From IMG/VR virus record IMGVR_UViG_3300021255_002694: DNA of 64,000 bases; one strand, written 5' to 3'. Positions within the stretch are counted from its first letter, which is position 1, and every line of letters starts with the position of its first letter. The notes below the pieces were generated by a model, which had not been told where the DNA came from, searched no databases, and saw nothing but the letters and a program-made list of their open reading frames with translations. The stretch is from a virus. Its lineage: Duplodnaviria > Caudoviricetes. This document shows, piece after piece, positions 21,377-31,380 of this stretch. Position numbers and translations under genes: made by a program.

Positions 21377-21808
21377 ATGCTGAATCTTAGAGATGATTAT
21401 AAGAAAAATCTTGTTAGAAGCCTTGAATATATTATTGATCGCAACGAAGATATTGAAGTAGATATGAATAATAATAACAGAGATTATCTTGATTCTATAG
21501 AGATCATTGATTTTAAGTTTCATCGACACAGGGCGTATTGTCATGTTGTATTCCTGTGCGGAAAATACTATAAAGTAGATGCATTCATGAAAGTTGAGGA
21601 TGCAAAATTCATTCTTAATAATATTGATAAGATTGAATATGTGTACAATATTGATAAGATGTATGATACGATTCTTGGAGACTTACTGGACTTATATATA
21701 AAATATAATACAAACGGATACAGATATATGGAGTTCATGATGAAATTTAACGATCTTTTCACAAAAGACGATGCAATTAAATTTTTTGAGAAAGGTGATA
21801 ATTTATAA
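21377..21808 (+). CDS. Promoter-proximal hypothetical protein
   Basis: ATG at 21377 after GAGGTG; stop overlaps the next start. Confidence 0.7.
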   Translation: MLNLRDDYKKNLVRSLEYIIDRNEDIEVDMNNNNRDYLDSIEIIDFKFHRHRAYCHVVFLCGKYYKVDAFMKVEDAKFILNNIDKIEYVYNIDKMYDTILGDLLDLYIKYNTNGYRYMEFMMKFNDLFTKDDAIKFFEKGDNL

Positions 21809-22362
21809 TGAAACTATCAATAAGGGAGTCAGATAACAACGGTAATTTTATAATTTACATTGACATGTTGCCGTTTTTAGATGTTAAAGACAACATACAG
21901 TTACACGAAGATGATATACAGCCAGATCATGTATTCTCTAAAGATAAAAAGTATGACAATGAATTCGATACAAGGCAGTACATTTTGGCAAAATATATAG
22001 CACCATTTGCAAAAAGACTTGTTGAAGATTTTGATTTTGTTGTTGATTATGATGCACACTCATCTAGTGAAGGTAACTATGGTCTTTCAAACTATCTGAC
22101 TCTAACATTTGAACATCCAGACAATATAACCGAGAGCGAACTTGAAGAAACGTATATGTACACAATTAGATTTTCTGATCACGAAAATAAACATCCAGAA
22201 TTAGGTGCTGTTGAAGAAGTTGATATGACTGATATGAAAGCATCCAATTTGATGAAAGCTGGAATGAGAGTGTTTAAAAGAAAACTAAGTGATGTTCAGA
22301 GGAACATAGCGAAATTTGAAATTGAAAAATTTGGAGAACAACAAACATTTTTCGATATGTAA
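21808..22362 (+). CDS. Leader-bearing protein (MKLSIRES) with YGLSNY…RFSDH motif
   Basis: Paralog of 5531..6103. Confidence 0.72.
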   Translation: MKLSIRESDNNGNFIIYIDMLPFLDVKDNIQLHEDDIQPDHVFSKDKKYDNEFDTRQYILAKYIAPFAKRLVEDFDFVVDYDAHSSSEGNYGLSNYLTLTFEHPDNITESELEETYMYTIRFSDHENKHPELGAVEEVDMTDMKASNLMKAGMRVFKRKLSDVQRNIAKFEIEKFGEQQTFFDM

Positions 22363-22371
22363 ATATTACAC

Positions 22372-22403
22372 AAAAATCTGCCAAAATATCATGGCAGATT
22401 TTT
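22372..22403 (+). terminator. Intrinsic terminator
   Basis: AAAAATCTGCCA / TGGCAGATTTTT. Confidence 0.8.
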
Positions 22404-22427
22404 ATTTATATTTTTTCGTATTTGCTA

Positions 22428-22456
22428 TTGACAAACATTATTTTTTATGATATACT
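22428..22456 (+). promoter_or_regulatory. Consensus sigma-A early promoter
   Basis: TTGACA-17-TATACT with TG. Confidence 0.9.
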
Positions 22457-23556
22457 ATATTTACAAGATTAAGATACTTTAGAGGGCGGATCAGGCTGTT
22501 CACATCCCAACTTTCTACAATTTTAAGAGGCGTGATTAAGATGGATAGGATTTGTGTTGATATTTTCGACAATTCTGTAAATGTCAAAAAAGCGATCTGT
22601 GGTGATTGCAAATGGTGTATCAAAGGTAATATAATGGTTACTTGCGAATGCCGTTACTGGAATAAAAAATTAAGGATTGATAGCAGACCGTGTGAATGGT
22701 TTGAACGTGGAGAGTATAAATCTTAAAGATATCACTCAGAGTCCGGAGGTACATTATGACAGGCGATGAGTTGTATGTAGTGAACACATCAACAGGTGAA
22801 CGTGTAAAAGCTAAACCTGATAAAAACCCTCTTTCAAACTTAAAAAGTACAATGCTTTATCATGTGAATGGATTTGATTCAAATTTCAGAGATGCTTGGA
22901 TGCTTGGAATTGTTGTTGGTTATGATTGGAAGGACAATAGTTTCAAGGAAGTATGTGATCGGTGGAATTGGACAAATGAAGATGCAGATTTGCTTAGAAA
23001 GTTGCATGAACAGTATGAGGAATTGCTTGAAGTCTGCAATAAGAAAATTGTATTGTTTGGAGATTAAAGCTAAAATATAAACAATCTTATAAAATACAAT
23101 AGGAGTGATCTGATTGAATAAATCAATAATACTATCATTGTGCAATCAAATTGAAATGATAGTTGCAACTGTTTGTGATACTGGATATACATTGCAACCA
23201 GGTGACGAAGAAGCCATATTCAACATGGTAAAAGAAATCATTGACGAAGTAAATGCCCCACCGAAAAGTAATGGTGATTTTATTCGACATATGACAGATG
23301 AAGAACTTGCTGACTGGTTTGCACCATGCATGATGTGTCATATGTGCGATAAGGAAAACAAACCAGTTGGATGTAATAAAGATGAGTGTAGAAAATATGC
23401 ACTTAGATATATGAAAAATGGGGTGAACACAAATGATGACAATGGATGAAATCAAAGAACTTGGTCTTGACTCAGTTGATAGTTTTGCTCTATTCTTTGG
23501 TCAGATGTTCGGATTGTTTGATGATGATGAAAATAGTGATGAGAGGGCTGACGAAG

Positions 23557-23865
23557 ATGCCGGAACTGATTGACAGACAGGCAGTACGATTGCTTGAAAG
23601 CGATGCAGACGCATATACTGAAAACTGGAACGATGATTATGAAAAAGGATTTTGTGACGCTATCAACAAAGTGTTGGAACTTCCAACAATAGAATCCGAA
23701 CCTGTAAGGAACGGAAGGTGGATTAACGATACGTTTTGCAGTGAATGTAAGCGATTTCCGGTTGATGTTTCTGTATCCATAAGCAATCGGGAATTGACAA
23801 AGTATTTTTCACGATGTCCACATTGCGGCGCACACATGCGAGATGGATGTGCTGACGATGACTGA
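23557..23865 (+). CDS. Zn-ribbon protein of temperate-phage type (MPELIDRQA family)
   Basis: LIDRQA…LPTIE.EPVR.G.W…CS.C…CP.CG; paralog of 24326. Confidence 0.75.
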   Translation: MPELIDRQAVRLLESDADAYTENWNDDYEKGFCDAINKVLELPTIESEPVRNGRWINDTFCSECKRFPVDVSVSISNRELTKYFSRCPHCGAHMRDGCADDD

Positions 23866-24124
23866 ATTGAAATTACGTAGCTGTCCGTTTTGCGGCGGAA
23901 GAGCAAAAGTATCATATAGACAGTATAGATTCATAAAGCAATATGATGATGGCACAAAACGAATTAAATATGCATTTTATGGAATCTGTAACCGTTGTAA
24001 AGCAACAGGTGGCACAATCACAGGAGAAATTCATTGTGGACTTGGACAATCAAGAGATGATTTTCGGTTTTATGAGGAACTTGCCGCCGAAGCATGGAAC
24101 AGTAGAACTAGCAATGAATCTTGA
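23858..24124 (+). CDS. Lar-family (restriction alleviation-like) zinc protein
   Basis: ELKLRSCPFCGG…CNRC…AAEAWNSR. Confidence 0.7.
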   Translation: MTELKLRSCPFCGGRAKVSYRQYRFIKQYDDGTKRIKYAFYGICNRCKATGGTITGEIHCGLGQSRDDFRFYEELAAEAWNSRTSNES

Positions 24125-24325
24125 TGAAACAATCAAACATTGCGCGTAATGTGTCTTGAAACGGATCAAACTGGAGGAACAGAGTTATGAAAACTAGCGA
24201 AAAGGAAAAAGAAATGTATTTCATGTGTTGCCTTGCACGGGATAGAGGAATCAAGGCAGATTATTTTGATTTCGACAAAAGAAGTGAAATCTCTGATTTT
24301 ACAAAGAATAAAGTGGTGAACAAAG

Positions 24326-24667
24326 ATGCCAGAACTAATTGACAGACAGGCGGCACTTGAAATAGCTATGAGTTATTGTCCAGATGATGACGGTTGCTGT
24401 TCAAAATCCGGTCATGATCTCAGAGAAATGCTTGATGAAATCGAGGCATTGCATGAAATCGAAGCTGAACCAGTGCGATACGGATATTGGAAACAAAGAA
24501 GAAATTTGGAATACTATTGCTCTAACTGTGGACGCGAAGAAAAGTACATTTTTCAGAAGAACTACTGTCCTAGGTGTGGTAGTAAGATGCAATTTCGCTC
24601 ACCGACAGAGGCACAACTTGACGAGTCTGATAGTGTGATTATGGGAGATTCCGACAATGAAATTTGA
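24326..24667 (+). CDS. Zn-ribbon protein, paralog of 23557
   Basis: MPELIDRQAA…CSNCG…YCPRCG. Confidence 0.75.
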   Translation: MPELIDRQAALEIAMSYCPDDDGCCSKSGHDLREMLDEIEALHEIEAEPVRYGYWKQRRNLEYYCSNCGREEKYIFQKNYCPRCGSKMQFRSPTEAQLDESDSVIMGDSDNEI

Positions 24668-25121
24668 AAATTACAGAAAGTGGTTAGCGCAACATGATTT
24701 TCTAGGATCATAAGAATTTGACTATTTAGATAGTTTAGATTTAAGTGTTATTATCTGTGCAAATATAGATAAAACATGTGAGGAAATTATGGAAATTATC
24801 GAAGATAGATATGAGGAAGATTATCTATCTAAGTATCCAAATGACGAAATGTTGTTTAATAGCATTTCAGAGAGTGACTTTGTTAGTTACATTAAATATC
24901 GTTACGGGATTTCTCATACAGAAACTATAACTAACTATTTTAATTTATAAAAAGATAATTACTGGATGAGGTGCTGACAATGAGTGAAATTGAGAATCCT
25001 TGCTACCACTGCTATCAAGGTGCGATTGGTGAGTGTCTAAGATGCAAGTATGGTGGAGAATATTGGAGCGGTGATCTAAGCGCTGAAACAGTCGAAGTCG
25101 AAAAGGAAGAAAGTGCAGAAA

Positions 25122-25490
25122 ATGAACGATCTGATTTATCGGAATTATTTGATTGAGAAGTTTTCAGATACCGGAGTACCTTCGGTGTCTGAAACTGGAA
25201 AAGGCTATGATCTCGGAATTGCAGCAGCTTTGCGAGTTGTAAAAAACGCTCCATCTGCAAACCTCTGTATTTCTGTTAAGGATGCTTTACCTGATACTGA
25301 CGGAGAATATCTAGTATATACTGATCATTATGAAATAGCTGAATATGATACAGAACTACAGCAGTTTGGACATACCGATGAGTATAAAGATGAACTAGGA
25401 TACAATATAGTAGAATGGTATGAAGTGAATAACGTAACGTATTGGATGCCGTTACCGAAACAGCCTGAAAGCGAGGTACAAAATGGATGA
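25122..25490 (+). CDS. DUF551-like protein
   Basis: ISVKDALP…VTYWMPLPKQP. Confidence 0.75.
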   Translation: MNDLIYRNYLIEKFSDTGVPSVSETGKGYDLGIAAALRVVKNAPSANLCISVKDALPDTDGEYLVYTDHYEIAEYDTELQQFGHTDEYKDELGYNIVEWYEVNNVTYWMPLPKQPESEVQNG

Positions 25491-25857
25491 TTTGATTTAT
25501 AGAAATGTGCTTATTGATGAATTGAAAAAGATTAAGTTTCCGTGTATGTTGCCATCTGGCGCTGAATATTTAGATGGCATACAGACAGCAGTAAAACGGA
25601 TTTCAGGTGTTATAAATGATGTACCTGCTGTCAACAACTGGATTCCGGTCGAGGATGCTTTGCCGGAAATTGGTTACAATGTGTTTGTAACTAGGCAGAC
25701 AGAAAGTAATGCAAGATATGTTAGAATTGCATCCCGTCAGGATGATTGCTGGATGGATAACACAGATGAATATGGAAAACCGAATCCACATCCAGTAATC
25801 GCATGGATGCCAATGCCTGATGCATATGAACCACCTAACAACATGATTGGAGATTGA
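25483..25857 (+). CDS. DUF551-like protein, paralog
   Basis: WIPVEDALPE…VIAWMPMP; MxDLIYRN start shared with 25122. Confidence 0.75.
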   Translation: MDDLIYRNVLIDELKKIKFPCMLPSGAEYLDGIQTAVKRISGVINDVPAVNNWIPVEDALPEIGYNVFVTRQTESNARYVRIASRQDDCWMDNTDEYGKPNPHPVIAWMPMPDAYEPPNNMIGD

Positions 25858-26862
25858 ATAAAGATGCCAATGATAATTAAAAATAAGTGTCCTTGCATTG
25901 GTTGTATTTATCTTACGTTTTCAAATGTTTCACATGTATATTGGTGTATGAAAAAAGATCAATCGGTTGTTCAGGCTCATGGTAACGCTGCGCATAGTGA
26001 TGGACAGTGGTTGATTCCATGTGGCAGAGACATGTGGTTATATAAAGAAGATACTTGTGAAAATTACTAAAAACATGTAGGAGTGATTATTTTATGACCA
26101 TTGATGTTTACTCTGATGCGGTTTGTTCCATGTATGAAAGAACAAAGAAAGATGTTTCTTCATTTAGTGATGCTGAGTTGTTACTTAATTATAGAACTAT
26201 CGCACAAGCAAGATCACACGCTTTGTCGGATGATGCTGAAAAAGTAGTGGAAGAACTTGACATGATTCTTGAAACCGAAGTTCTTTCGAGAATGGGTAGA
26301 TGGAATGTGCAAGCACATAATTTTGCACAGGAAATTTATGATAAAATCACTGCCTGTAGATAAATAATTGGGGGTTTGGGTTTATTTATGGATTTGACAC
26401 CTGATATTTTACTGAATGATGATATCAGAAAGGCTCTTGTTGAAGGCGCTTGTCCATATGTTCTAAGTGGCGGATTTAGAGCAGAGATTGAATCATCTGA
26501 AAAAGTTTGGAATATGTTGATGCAGAAAGTGGAAGAAAATAAACAAAAAGAAAATGAAAAGGCATCCAATGATCTAACTACAATCTAATTTCAAGTAAGA
26601 GGATTTAAATGAAACATAAAGATTGTTTTGTAAACGGGCACTGTGCATATGACTGTCCTAATTTTCAGGTTGATTATTTTGAAGAAAAATATGATCTTCC
26701 GGCAAGTGAAGTGGGCTTTGAAAGAATTAAATGCAAAGAATGTTATCTTAATTCTTTTGAATGTGCTGACTGCTACCTTGAAAACACGGATATGTGTCCG
26801 GAACGAAAGTCAGATTCGGAGAAGTGACTAACAATAATTTGAAAAAAAAATGAAAATTACTA

Positions 26863-26891
26863 TTGACAATGGTTTTAATTTGTGATATACT
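26863..26891 (+). promoter_or_regulatory. Consensus sigma-A early promoter
   Basis: TTGACA-17-TATACT with TG. Confidence 0.9.
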
Positions 26892-26906
26892 ATATATAAC
26901 ATAGAG

Positions 26907-27641
26907 GTGAGTGATGTGAGTAAAAAAGAATTTGAATATGGTCTTGAAGTTGTCGATAACAAGAAACCAGATTCTCCTTATTCTGATCTTGTAAGATGTG
27001 CCTGTCCTAATTGTGCAGAGGTTGATACTGACGGTATGACAATCATCCCACTTGAAAAGGAAAGAGTTACAAAGTACAGAGACTATGCTTTGAATTTTGA
27101 ATATGAACAATATGACATTCTTCCGCATGTATGCAAGAATTGTAAGAGTGTTTTTGTATCATATAAGAAAAGTAAGCATATTTATACACAGGTAATTATT
27201 GGTAGAATTCTTTATATTCTTGGGATCACTGGTCTTTTTTTCGGTGCATCATTTTTTAAGGATCATGAATTATTCGGTGTGGCTATGCTTATAATTGGAT
27301 TTTTTATGCTTGCTGTAGGCATTATTTTCGCAGTTGACACACATCATGGAATTAGTGAAAATTTTGTGCCGGATTTCTCACATTACTACTCAGATTGTGA
27401 ATTAAATAGAATACTTGACATCAAAGAAGAGCCTGATGAAGGCGATCTGAAAGAGGTAATTGACAAGCATTTACAAAAAGTTGATGTTCTTTTTACAGAG
27501 CAAACAGAACTTGCAAAATTAGCCACAACTGATCTTACAATGCCTGATAAAAAGAAAGATAGAGGAACTGTTCAAATGGCTATTGCAGGAGATAATGCCG
27601 TTCAGGTTCAAAAGTTCGGCGGTGTTCATATATGGGATTGA
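26907..27641 (+). CDS. Membrane protein (2 TM) with N-terminal zinc ribbon
   Basis: CPNC…CKNC followed by two hydrophobic helices. Confidence 0.7.
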   Translation: MSDVSKKEFEYGLEVVDNKKPDSPYSDLVRCACPNCAEVDTDGMTIIPLEKERVTKYRDYALNFEYEQYDILPHVCKNCKSVFVSYKKSKHIYTQVIIGRILYILGITGLFFGASFFKDHELFGVAMLIIGFFMLAVGIIFAVDTHHGISENFVPDFSHYYSDCELNRILDIKEEPDEGDLKEVIDKHLQKVDVLFTEQTELAKLATTDLTMPDKKKDRGTVQMAIAGDNAVQVQKFGGVHIWD

Positions 27642-28199
27642 GGTGAGTTATTGTGGAATACGTTTACATAAACGATGATGGAGTGCTTGTCAATGATTTT
27701 CCAGATGACATTACATCTGGTAATTCCAAAACACTTACTGTAGGTGAACTTATAGATGAACTTAGAAACTATCCAAAGGATGCGCCTGTTTTCCTTGAAT
27801 ATCACAGATCATTAAGAGAAATCAGAGATTGGTGCATCGGATCAGAGGAACTTTGATGTAAGGAGTGTTATTATGCAAAATGAAGTAGACGATATCAAAG
27901 GTCTTCCATCTGGAACAGAGGTAGATGTTGATTTAATGTGTGTTATTCTAAGAGTTCCAAAGAATACAGCACATCTAACAATCATTTCAAAGATGTTTGA
28001 CAGTTCAGGCAATCCCGTTGAATTAAAATCTGATGTTACAAAAGACATGGTTGATAACGCAAGAAAAGATTTCCTTGACTATGTTGGTGATGATGACTAT
28101 GACGGTGTATTTGTTCTTACAGAAGAAGGCAGACAGCTTGCAGATAAACTCCTTGGGTACAAATAAATATTTGCAATATAATCATAGGAGATATAAGAT

Positions 28200-28523
28200 A
28201 TGGATATTTTGAATGCTATGAAATTAGCATCTAACGGAGTTAAAATAACTAGATTAGACTGGATTGATATTGTTCGAGAATATCCAGATGATCCAGATGG
28301 TAAGTGGAGAAGATCGTTGTCATGTCCGGCTTACTTTGTTTACAACAAAGAATATGATGTTCTTGATGTTTACAATAGATACAGAATGCTGATTCATCAA
28401 TATGCAAATAAATTTAACACGTTCGGATTCAACTATGAGGACATTATTGCAGATGATTATGTTGTGTTCACGGATGATCTACTTGATGCTGCTTTGAAAG
28501 ACGGTATTGCAAATGCAAAATAA
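28200..28523 (+). CDS. Tad2/DUF2829-like protein (possible signalling-nucleotide sponge)
   Basis: MDILNAMKLASNGVKITRLDW…EDIIADDYVV matches the MxFxxAxxxxxxGxKVxRxxW…DxLAxDW family pattern. Confidence 0.5.
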   Translation: MDILNAMKLASNGVKITRLDWIDIVREYPDDPDGKWRRSLSCPAYFVYNKEYDVLDVYNRYRMLIHQYANKFNTFGFNYEDIIADDYVVFTDDLLDAALKDGIANAK

Positions 28524-28737
28524 ATGCGAATTTCCTGATGGTATTGTAATTAAGCCTGATGGAGAAAATGAACTTGATCCATGTGTATATGAAACAACAC
28601 AAGTGTTTACAAACTGCATTGTAGAGGTTTGCAAATGTAAGAAATGTGGAAATATATCATGGTCTTGGAGAAAAACAGAAGATACTCAGGAAGTTCCTGA
28701 AACGGATTTTGACCTATTTATCTGATAGGAGATATTT

Positions 28738-29280
28738 ATGAGAAAAGGTCTTTATATTGGTAGTTTTGACTGTTTTCACAACGGTCATTTAGATGTGTTG
28801 AAACAAGCACTGCCATTCTTTGATGAAATATTGGTTGTTATAGGCAATAACCCTATGAAGAAAAGACGGTTTACAGTCGGATCATCTAAGCAGTACATTG
28901 AAAAGTGTATCAGTGAATGTTTTAACAAAGAAGATGCGAAGAAAATAACAGTTGATTATACAGATGATCTTGCTGTTGTATATGCAAAAAACAATGGATG
29001 TTCTCATATCATAAGAGGAATTAGAAATTCATTTGATTATGCATATGAAAAGAGTATCTTTGTATCAAGTCAAGTGATTGATACTGATATCAATTATGTG
29101 TACTTTCTTACTAATCTCCCTCATATTTCCTCAACAATGATAAATGAATTGATGGAAAGAGATATGGTTGATGTTCTTCTAAAAGACTTTTTGCCATGCA
29201 AATTCAACTGTCTAATGTCTCAGGAATACTACAATACTGTTATTAAACCTTCTGTGTGGGGTGAAAATGATGATCTGTAA
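28738..29280 (+). CDS. coaD: Pantetheine-phosphate adenylyltransferase
   Basis: GSFDCFHNGHLDV, N.xK…F, IIRGIRNSFDYAYE, HISST. Confidence 0.88.
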   Translation: MRKGLYIGSFDCFHNGHLDVLKQALPFFDEILVVIGNNPMKKRRFTVGSSKQYIEKCISECFNKEDAKKITVDYTDDLAVVYAKNNGCSHIIRGIRNSFDYAYEKSIFVSSQVIDTDINYVYFLTNLPHISSTMINELMERDMVDVLLKDFLPCKFNCLMSQEYYNTVIKPSVWGENDDL

Positions 29281-29785
29281 TAAACACATTGTAGGAATTA
29301 CAGGCAAAAGTGGAGTTGGTAAATCAACGCTCTCTGAAATTTTATTTCCAGACCACTATCACATAGATTTTGACAAAGTAGGTCATATAGCAATCAGTAA
29401 AAATGCAGATAAACTAACTAAATCTCTAGGAATTGATGTTTCAAAAATTTCAAGAGTTGAACTTGGTGATATCGTTTTCACAGACCGTGATGCAATGCAC
29501 CTAGTTTCAGATTATATTTATTCTGATATGCGAATTATAATTGAAGATACTCTTGAAAAATATGATAAAGTTGTTCTTGATTGGATTCTCTTGCCTAAAA
29601 CAATTTACTTTGAAATGTGCAACTTAACAGTTCTTGTGACTGCTGATGAATCAGAACGAAAGAAAAGAGTTTTACTTAGAGATAAAATCAGTGAGGAATA
29701 TTTAGCAAAGAGAGATTCAGCCGGAATCAGCTATGAAGAAAATAACTTTGATCTTGTTATCAAAAATAATTATACTGTAAAATAA
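29267..29785 (+). CDS. coaE: Dephospho-CoA kinase
   Basis: IVGITGKSGVGKST, IDFDKVGH, SR.ELGDIVF, R..RV..RD. Confidence 0.82.
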   Translation: MMICNKHIVGITGKSGVGKSTLSEILFPDHYHIDFDKVGHIAISKNADKLTKSLGIDVSKISRVELGDIVFTDRDAMHLVSDYIYSDMRIIIEDTLEKYDKVVLDWILLPKTIYFEMCNLTVLVTADESERKKRVLLRDKISEEYLAKRDSAGISYEENNFDLVIKNNYTVK

Positions 29786-29826
29786 CGCAATAAGCGTTAT
29801 AAATAAAAAAATGGAGGAATTTTACT

Positions 29827-30480
29827 ATGAGAAGCATGAATAACATGTTTGGCGGAATGTTCGGACCTATTGGTAAGGACGAAAGAACTGGTGAGAGTCT
29901 TTGCAAGATCACATTCGATGGCTCTATTGCAGTAAGAACTAAGAATGGTGATTATAAGTCTTACAATCCAAAGACGAAGAATTTTGTTAATTGCACAGAA
30001 TTTGTATTTGATATGGCAAATATGTTCTATGTAATTCCAACAAACAGTGTTAAGACTGGTGACATTATTCTTGTCAATGATAGTCTTACCGGAAAAAAGA
30101 CACCTAGATTTGTTCTGTCTGTAGCAGAAGATACAATTACAGTTATCAATTATGAAACTTCTACAGTTGAGACTATTCTACCTGAAAAGTATGTCATGAT
30201 GGGCAGAACTTATTTCTATGGAAAGATTGTATGCCCGTTCAATGTAAACGCTATGATCGGTTCTGCTGATTCTAATGGAATTGAAAATATTATGAAATTC
30301 CAGATGATGTCTCAGATGATGGGCGGAATGTTTAACGGAGGCTCTGGAACTGAATTTAATCCTATGATGTTTGCATTTATGGGCGGCGGATTTGGAGATA
30401 TGTTCAGTGGCATGTTTGATAACATGTTCAACGGAATGTTTGATGCACCTAAGACTGAGGAAACTGAAACAAAGGAGTGA
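29827..30480 (+). CDS. Hypothetical protein with Met/Gly/Phe-rich low-complexity tail
   Basis: MMSQMMGGMF…NPMMFAFMGGG…; directly upstream of the vWA gene. Confidence 0.75.
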   Translation: MRSMNNMFGGMFGPIGKDERTGESLCKITFDGSIAVRTKNGDYKSYNPKTKNFVNCTEFVFDMANMFYVIPTNSVKTGDIILVNDSLTGKKTPRFVLSVAEDTITVINYETSTVETILPEKYVMMGRTYFYGKIVCPFNVNAMIGSADSNGIENIMKFQMMSQMMGGMFNGGSGTEFNPMMFAFMGGGFGDMFSGMFDNMFNGMFDAPKTEETETKE

Positions 30481-30486
30481 TCTTAA

Positions 30487-31362
30487 ATGGGCGGCGGAAG
30501 TTGGACTAAAGATGATTTTACAAAATATTCAACTTCTATGCACAGAACCGTAACATCTGATGGATCACTTGATTTATCTGGACTCTCTGCACAGCAAGTA
30601 TATGTGCAGAGAGGTCTTGACACAATGCTAAATCCACTCAATGTTATGCGTGAATGCAGAGATAGTGAAGAACATCCAAACACAATTCCTGTAATTCTTG
30701 CTCTTGACGTAACTGGTTCGATGGGACATACTGCTGTTGAAGTTGCATCTAAATTGAACACGATCATGACAGAACTATATAAATCTGTTAATGACATTGA
30801 GTTCATGATTATGGGAATTGGCGATTTTGCTTATGATCATGCACCGCTTCAAGTGTCTCAGTTTGAATCGGATATCCGTATTGCTGAACAGCTTGATAAG
30901 ATTTATTTTGAGGGCGGCGGTGGTCCGAACTTGTTTGAATCATATACCGCAGCTTGGAAGTTTGCTGTTACACAGACTGATCTTGATTGCTGGAAACGTG
31001 GTAAACGTGGAATCATCATCACAATGGGTGACGAACAGATCAATCCTTATATTCCGGAAGAACAGTATAGAAATGTAACAGGAGTCAAGTGTGATAAAAT
31101 TGACACAGATGATCTGTTTGAGGAAACTAAGGATAAGTATGATGTATACCACCTAATTGTCAATCACTACGATGATACTTGTCACTCAAATGTGTATATT
31201 GAATCTGTTTATAATTCTTGGAAACAAGTTATCTCAGACAGCAAAGTATCTATTGTAAAAGTAGATGAAATCAAAGACAAGATTGTTGAAATTATAACTA
31301 AATCAATCGAATCTCGAAATGATGAAGTTAGTTACACTGGTCTTGCAGAGATTACATGGTAA
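30487..31362 (+). CDS. vWA-domain protein
   Basis: MIDAS DVTGSMG, GIGD, QVSQFESD, EGGGG…ESY, TMGDE; MGGGSW N-terminus. Confidence 0.85.
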   Translation: MGGGSWTKDDFTKYSTSMHRTVTSDGSLDLSGLSAQQVYVQRGLDTMLNPLNVMRECRDSEEHPNTIPVILALDVTGSMGHTAVEVASKLNTIMTELYKSVNDIEFMIMGIGDFAYDHAPLQVSQFESDIRIAEQLDKIYFEGGGGPNLFESYTAAWKFAVTQTDLDCWKRGKRGIIITMGDEQINPYIPEEQYRNVTGVKCDKIDTDDLFEETKDKYDVYHLIVNHYDDTCHSNVYIESVYNSWKQVISDSKVSIVKVDEIKDKIVEIITKSIESRNDEVSYTGLAEITW

Positions 31363-31380
31363 AATGTGAAAGGATTAGAT

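Noticed and set aside
22470-22530. tRNA or structured ncRNA after the promoter at 22428
   Set aside because: Only a weak GC-rich stem; no cloverleaf or T-loop; no tRNA recognised anywhere in the window
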